Shown: piece after piece, positions 62,122 through 64,000 of the stretch
Numbering within the stretch: position 1 is the first letter of the stretch
Layout of the letters: every line of letters starts with the position of its first letter
Source of the DNA: Octopus vulgaris
Lineage: Eukaryota
Length of the DNA stretch: 64,000 bases
Reading direction: 5' to 3'
Assembly: GCA_951406725.2 (NCBI GenBank)
Contig: OX597814.1
Span: 153,512,001-153,576,000, forward strand
Made by a program: the position numbers and the translations under genes
Notes under the pieces: generated by a model
The model's input: the letters and a program-made list of their open reading frames with translations, nothing else
What the model was told of the DNA's origin: nothing
Databases searched by the model: none

Positions 62122-63119
62122 TATATATATATATTTATCTATGCATGAGTGTCTTTGTGTCTGTTTGTCCACCACCCCCACTGCTGCTTGATAACTGGTG
62201 TTGGTGCATTTATGTCCCTTTAATTTTGAAGTTCAGCAAAAGTGACTGATAGAATAAGTACCAGGTTTTTAAAAAAATAAGTACTGGGGCCAACTCATTT
62301 AGCTAAAAATTCTTCAAGGCTGTGCTCCAGCATGGCCACATTCTAATGACTGAAAGAAGTAAAAGATAAAAGAGAGAGTTCAAATCCCGCTGAGGTTGAC
62401 TTTGCCTTTCATCCTTTCGAAGTCGATAAATTAAGTACCAGTTGTATACTTGGGTCGATCTTATTGCCTGCCCACCTCCCCCAAATTTCAGGCCTTGTGC
62501 CTAGAGTAGAAAAGAAAAGATAAAAACGGTATAAATAACTGAGACATTATTTCTACCTGTAATCATATCTACTGCAAACTAAATGAAGAATTTGTAACAT
62601 GCTTCAAAAAGAGCAAATATATATTCAGTGGTTAGGTTGCATATCAGACAAATGTTTTTTTTATATAAAAACACAAAAAGGTGGTGAGCTCGTAGAATTG
62701 TTAGCATACCAGGTAAGATACTTAATGGTGTTTTGTCTGTCTTCATGTCATGAGTTCAAATACCACTGAGGTTGATTTTGCCTTTCATCTTTTCAGAGTT
62801 GATAAAAGTTGAGCACTGAAGTAGATGTAGTTGCATTAACTTCACCCCAAAATTGCTGGCTTTGTGCCAAAACTTTGAAACACAAGAAAACATACACACA
62901 CACACGCGCGCGCACACACGCATGCACGCACAAAACACACATGATTGCAAAAACATGCATCTCTATGTATATCCATCAGTTTATCTATCCATTGCAGTAT
63001 GTGTGTGTGTGTGGAGCAGCTCTATTTCTCTTATTCCTCACAGGTACAGATACAGCAAAACAGTGATCAACCAAGCAACCTTATTACAGATGGCAGACCA
63101 CTTTTTTTCTGTAGGTTCC

Positions 63120-63745
63120 AAAACATGAGGACAATGACTTTAAATGTAGGCATAAAGAAAGGTAGATCAAGTGAGATTACACAGATACTGGAGTGAAAGG
63201 TGACTGGATGTGTGCTGCATGTGGCGAGCTGGCAGAAACGTTAGCACGTTGGGCGAAATGCTAAGCAGTATTTCATCTGCCGTTATGTTCTGAGTTTAAA
63301 TTCTGCCGAGGTCAACTTTGCCTTTCATCCTTTCGGGGTCAATTAAATAAGTACCAGTTACGCACTGGGGTCGATATAATTGACTTAATCCGTTTGTCTG
63401 TCCTTGTTTGTCTCCTCTGTGTTTAGCCCCTTGTGGGTAGTAAAGGAATTGGTATTTCGTCTGCTGTTACATTCTGAGTTCAAATTCTGCCAAGGATGAC
63501 TTTGCCTTTCATCCTTTCGGGGTCGATAAATTAAGTACTAGTTATGCACTGGGGTCGATGTAATCACCTTAATCCCTTTGTCTGTCCTTGTTTGTCCCCT
63601 CTATGTTTAGCCCCTTGTGGGCAATAAAGAAATAGGATGTGTGCTGTATGCAAGAGGTAGATGGTGGGGATCTTCAATTAAACCCCTCACAGGTAGAAGA
63701 TGTTTCAAACTCTTCTGGGTGAACAATAGTGATGGGAAGGATACT
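63120..63745 (+). mobile_element. RTE endonuclease N-terminal remnant split by a partially duplicated SINE B (63222-63634) with 16-bp TSD
   Basis: TMTLNVGIKKGRSSEI; ggatgtgtgctg(c/t)atg at 63206-63221 and 63635-63650. Confidence 0.8.
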
Positions 63746-63792
63746 GGTGGCCCAGACATTTTAAGCATCTCTGGCTGTTTCTACTCCATATC

Positions 63793-64000
63793 CTATCTTT
63801 TGGATTCTGGCTCAAAGTGATGGGCCCAATTCTCACATCCAGTAACTATTCTCTCTAAAAAAGCTTTGCCTACATTGTAATGGTTGAGTAAGTGTTGATG
63901 GATCTTGACATGATTGCACTTATGTGCTTCGCTAAGCTCTCTTGGCACCCATCTCGCACAGACTTTATGGAAGAAGCTTGTCATGGATGATTTCATATGC
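63793..64000 (-). mobile_element. mariner transposase remnant (same family as 6120-6620)
   Basis: KVCARWVPRELS...FLERIVTGCENWAHHFEPESKR. Confidence 0.9.

Overview
AT-rich eukaryotic, repeat-saturated DNA with no supportable host protein-coding exon; probably intronic or intergenic. The SINE, RTE and microsatellite content resembles a coleoid cephalopod (Octopus-like) genome, which is an inference. Ordinary content: dozens of copies of about four SINE-like families, decayed RTE and CR1-like LINEs, mariner, hAT (Buster/Charlie-type), Helitron and Gypsy relics, MITEs, two minisatellites and many microsatellites. The unusual layer is a set of sequence-diverse minimal type I hammerhead ribozyme (HHR) motifs, found by eye at about 19.8, 21.9 (x2), 45.4, 47.8, 48.2, 56.3, 59.1 and 60.7 kb. 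Most lie in fold-back elements next to microsatellites, as expected for Penelope-like pseudo-LTRs or retrozymes. The best candidate system is at 47.6-50.1 kb: a tandem array with 358-nt spacing whose HHRs carry a compensatory U3-A8 core. The array is interrupted by a 1.65-kb zinc-knuckle ORF1-only element with a 16-bp duplication and a SINE-like 3' tail, and it ends in a fold-back. All alignments and folds were done by eye.
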